Shown here: positions 62,674-64,000 of the stretch, piece by piece
Layout: each line of letters starts with the position of its first letter
Position numbering within the stretch: the stretch's first letter is position 1
Assembly (NCBI RefSeq): GCF_010672695.1
Contig: NZ_JAAHGB010000033.1
Span: 7,965-71,964, forward strand
Length of the DNA stretch: 64,000 nucleotides
DNA from: Okeania sp. SIO1H4
GTDB lineage: Bacteria > Cyanobacteriota > Cyanobacteriia > Cyanobacteriales > Microcoleaceae
Reading direction: 5' to 3'
Notes under the pieces: generated by a model
Seen by the model: only the letters and a program-made list of their open reading frames with translations
What the model was told of the DNA's origin: nothing
Databases searched by the model: none
Translations under genes and position numbers: made by a program

Positions 62674-62814
62674 CTAGCCAACTGTATAAGCGGTACTAAG
62701 TCCCCACAAAAGAAGAAAGACTATTGCACCTAGAATCACAATCGCAGAAATGGCGATCGCGCTGGGAGTATCTGCTCCCTTAAATTTCATTATTCCACGG
62801 TCAAGGTCTGACAT
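62674..62814 (-). CDS. Small single-TM protein (46 aa), MSDLDRGIMKFKGADTPSAIAISAIVILGAIVFLLLWGLSTAYTVG
   Basis: Found by manual translation; it is below the ORF-track size cutoff. There is a strong SD (AGGAGA, 8 nt upstream of the ATG), and a 10-bp hairpin (AGAGACGTTC-CGCCAG-GAACGTCTCT at 62619-62644) about 30 nt downstream on the minus strand followed by a U-rich stretch. Confidence 0.4.
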   Translation of the reverse strand: MSDLDRGIMKFKGADTPSAIAISAIVILGAIVFLLLWGLSTAYTVG

Positions 62815-63804
62815 AATATTTATCTCCTAATTATGTTTTTGATTTTAGCTAAGATTTTCTGGAAATATGTCTATATTGCTACTATATTTTCTCCCATTTC
62901 TGTTTATGATTTGTCTCTAATATTAAAATAATAATAAAGATTGGCAATGGTCATATTTTAGGCCGTTTATAAATTAGATAATTCTATGATTTTGTCATCA
63001 GTGTTAATTAATTATTGACTGAGATCAGACTCAAATTGTTTCCTAATCTAATCAGGGGTGTTAAAAAAAGGGAAGATACTTCAGAATATGATAATTATTC
63101 TGGTAATTCTGAGCAGGTTAAAACTGAGGAGGAATCTGAGCAAATTAATGAAGTTTTGCATGTTTAAACAGCAGATTCTCAGGAGTTATCTCAAGATATT
63201 AGTTTGCTCAGGGATTTTTTATACTTATTTGTACGGTTCTCTTTACAATCCAAGGGCTTAATTTACTTTTTAAATGTTCGGGAAATTAAGAAGAATGGAT
63301 TTTATGTTTTTTGAACGCAGCACATAAACAACCAGAATTAATGTTGATGATGATATTATTTATTCCAAGTATCACAGTTTCATTGTTTGTGATTTACTGG
63401 CTAATACTTCAGTTTATTAAAGCTCTGGCTTTGCTTAAGCAAAAGTTTCTTGAAATATACTTCTCCGACATTAACTTTAATCCCTTGTAATACCTGGGAA
63501 AAAACTTAGTTTCCGGAGATGAATAATCCAGAAATAGGAAGGTAAAAAACATCAAAAAATTCCCGAAAAAAAAATTATCTAAATGTTAGGTAGATTGCCT
63601 ATAATAAATATAGAAGCTAGAAATAAGAATTGTTTAGATAGATCGGTTCTGACAATATGTAGATAACGACTGTACAGATCTCTACATTTATAATGATAGC
63701 TTTTTGTCGAATATTGGACTTTGGACAAAAAGAAAAAGTGGTTAGCGTAAGTATTACACTAACTAATCGGTGATTGTATTAGAAATCAAATCTGGAATTA
63801 TCTT

Positions 63805-64000
63805 CGTTTCTCACATTATTTATCATCCTGAAGATCATAGGATGGGTCTGGTTCAATTTCTCCACCAAAACAAATATCTAAATAACTTTCTTGAAGGGAA
63901 TGAACAACTCTCTCCAACTCATCAATAAGATTCCTTCGAGTCATTTTTTCAACTGCATCAATATGAGCTTCACTTCCCCCTTTTCCTAAATACTTATATT
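63805..64000 (-). CDS. 3' end of an unidentified minus-strand gene (continues beyond the window end)
   Basis: Open frame ending ...LIDELERVVHSLQESYLDICFGGEIEPDPSYDLQDDK* with the stop at 63805-63807. Confidence 0.4.

Noticed and set aside
1-64000. tRNA, rRNA and tmRNA genes
   Set aside because: Scanning for T-loop (GGTTCGAATCC-like) and other conserved RNA motifs on both strands found nothing convincing. A proper tRNAscan or Infernal run is still needed.

Overview
The window looks like a chromosomal segment of a heterocystous (Nostocales-type) cyanobacterium. The evidence is pervasive HIP1 (GCGATCGC) sites, many heptanucleotide tandem repeats (STRR-like), and typical genes: sasA, a tandem isiA cluster with an IsiA-PsaL fusion, a CpcL-like linker, clpS, and rubrerythrin next to a Fur/PerR-like regulator. 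Intact housekeeping genes include priA, purB, tldD, rimO, panE, a DEAD-box helicase, a group-2 sigma factor and a cytochrome P450. Three things stand out. First, at the 5' edge an E1-like (ThiF-fold) ORF is immediately followed by a fused ABC-ATPase/Toprim (OLD/PARIS-like) nuclease gene, a candidate defence module whose upstream part is cut off by the window. Second, decayed genes are unusually dense. They include an archaeal/eukaryotic-type EF-1alpha-like gene with an in-frame TGA and degenerate G3/G4 motifs. A eukaryote-like major vault protein (MVP) gene with nonsense codons, frameshifts and a large internal deletion sits directly downstream of a Ser/Thr-kinase-WD40 gene. An Anbu-type proteasome-like gene carries a premature TAA. 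There are also VanX-like, S8, porin and permease fragments and an IS1 InsA remnant. This pattern suggests reductive genome evolution, for example a symbiont-like lineage. Third, there are several small dispersed or tandem repeat families. One is a 6-copy ~141-bp tandem array. One is a ~100-nt element found at the 3' ends of four minus-strand genes. One is a foldback element with a GGGGTATTAAACCC core, one copy of which sits in frame inside a CPBP protease gene. There are also MITE-like TATATATAGTGTCTTTGCGTAAGTCCTG elements and G-rich (GGGGTGA)n arrays. I found no tRNA or rRNA genes and no CRISPR array. All calls come from reading the ORF translations and the sequence by eye; no database search was run.
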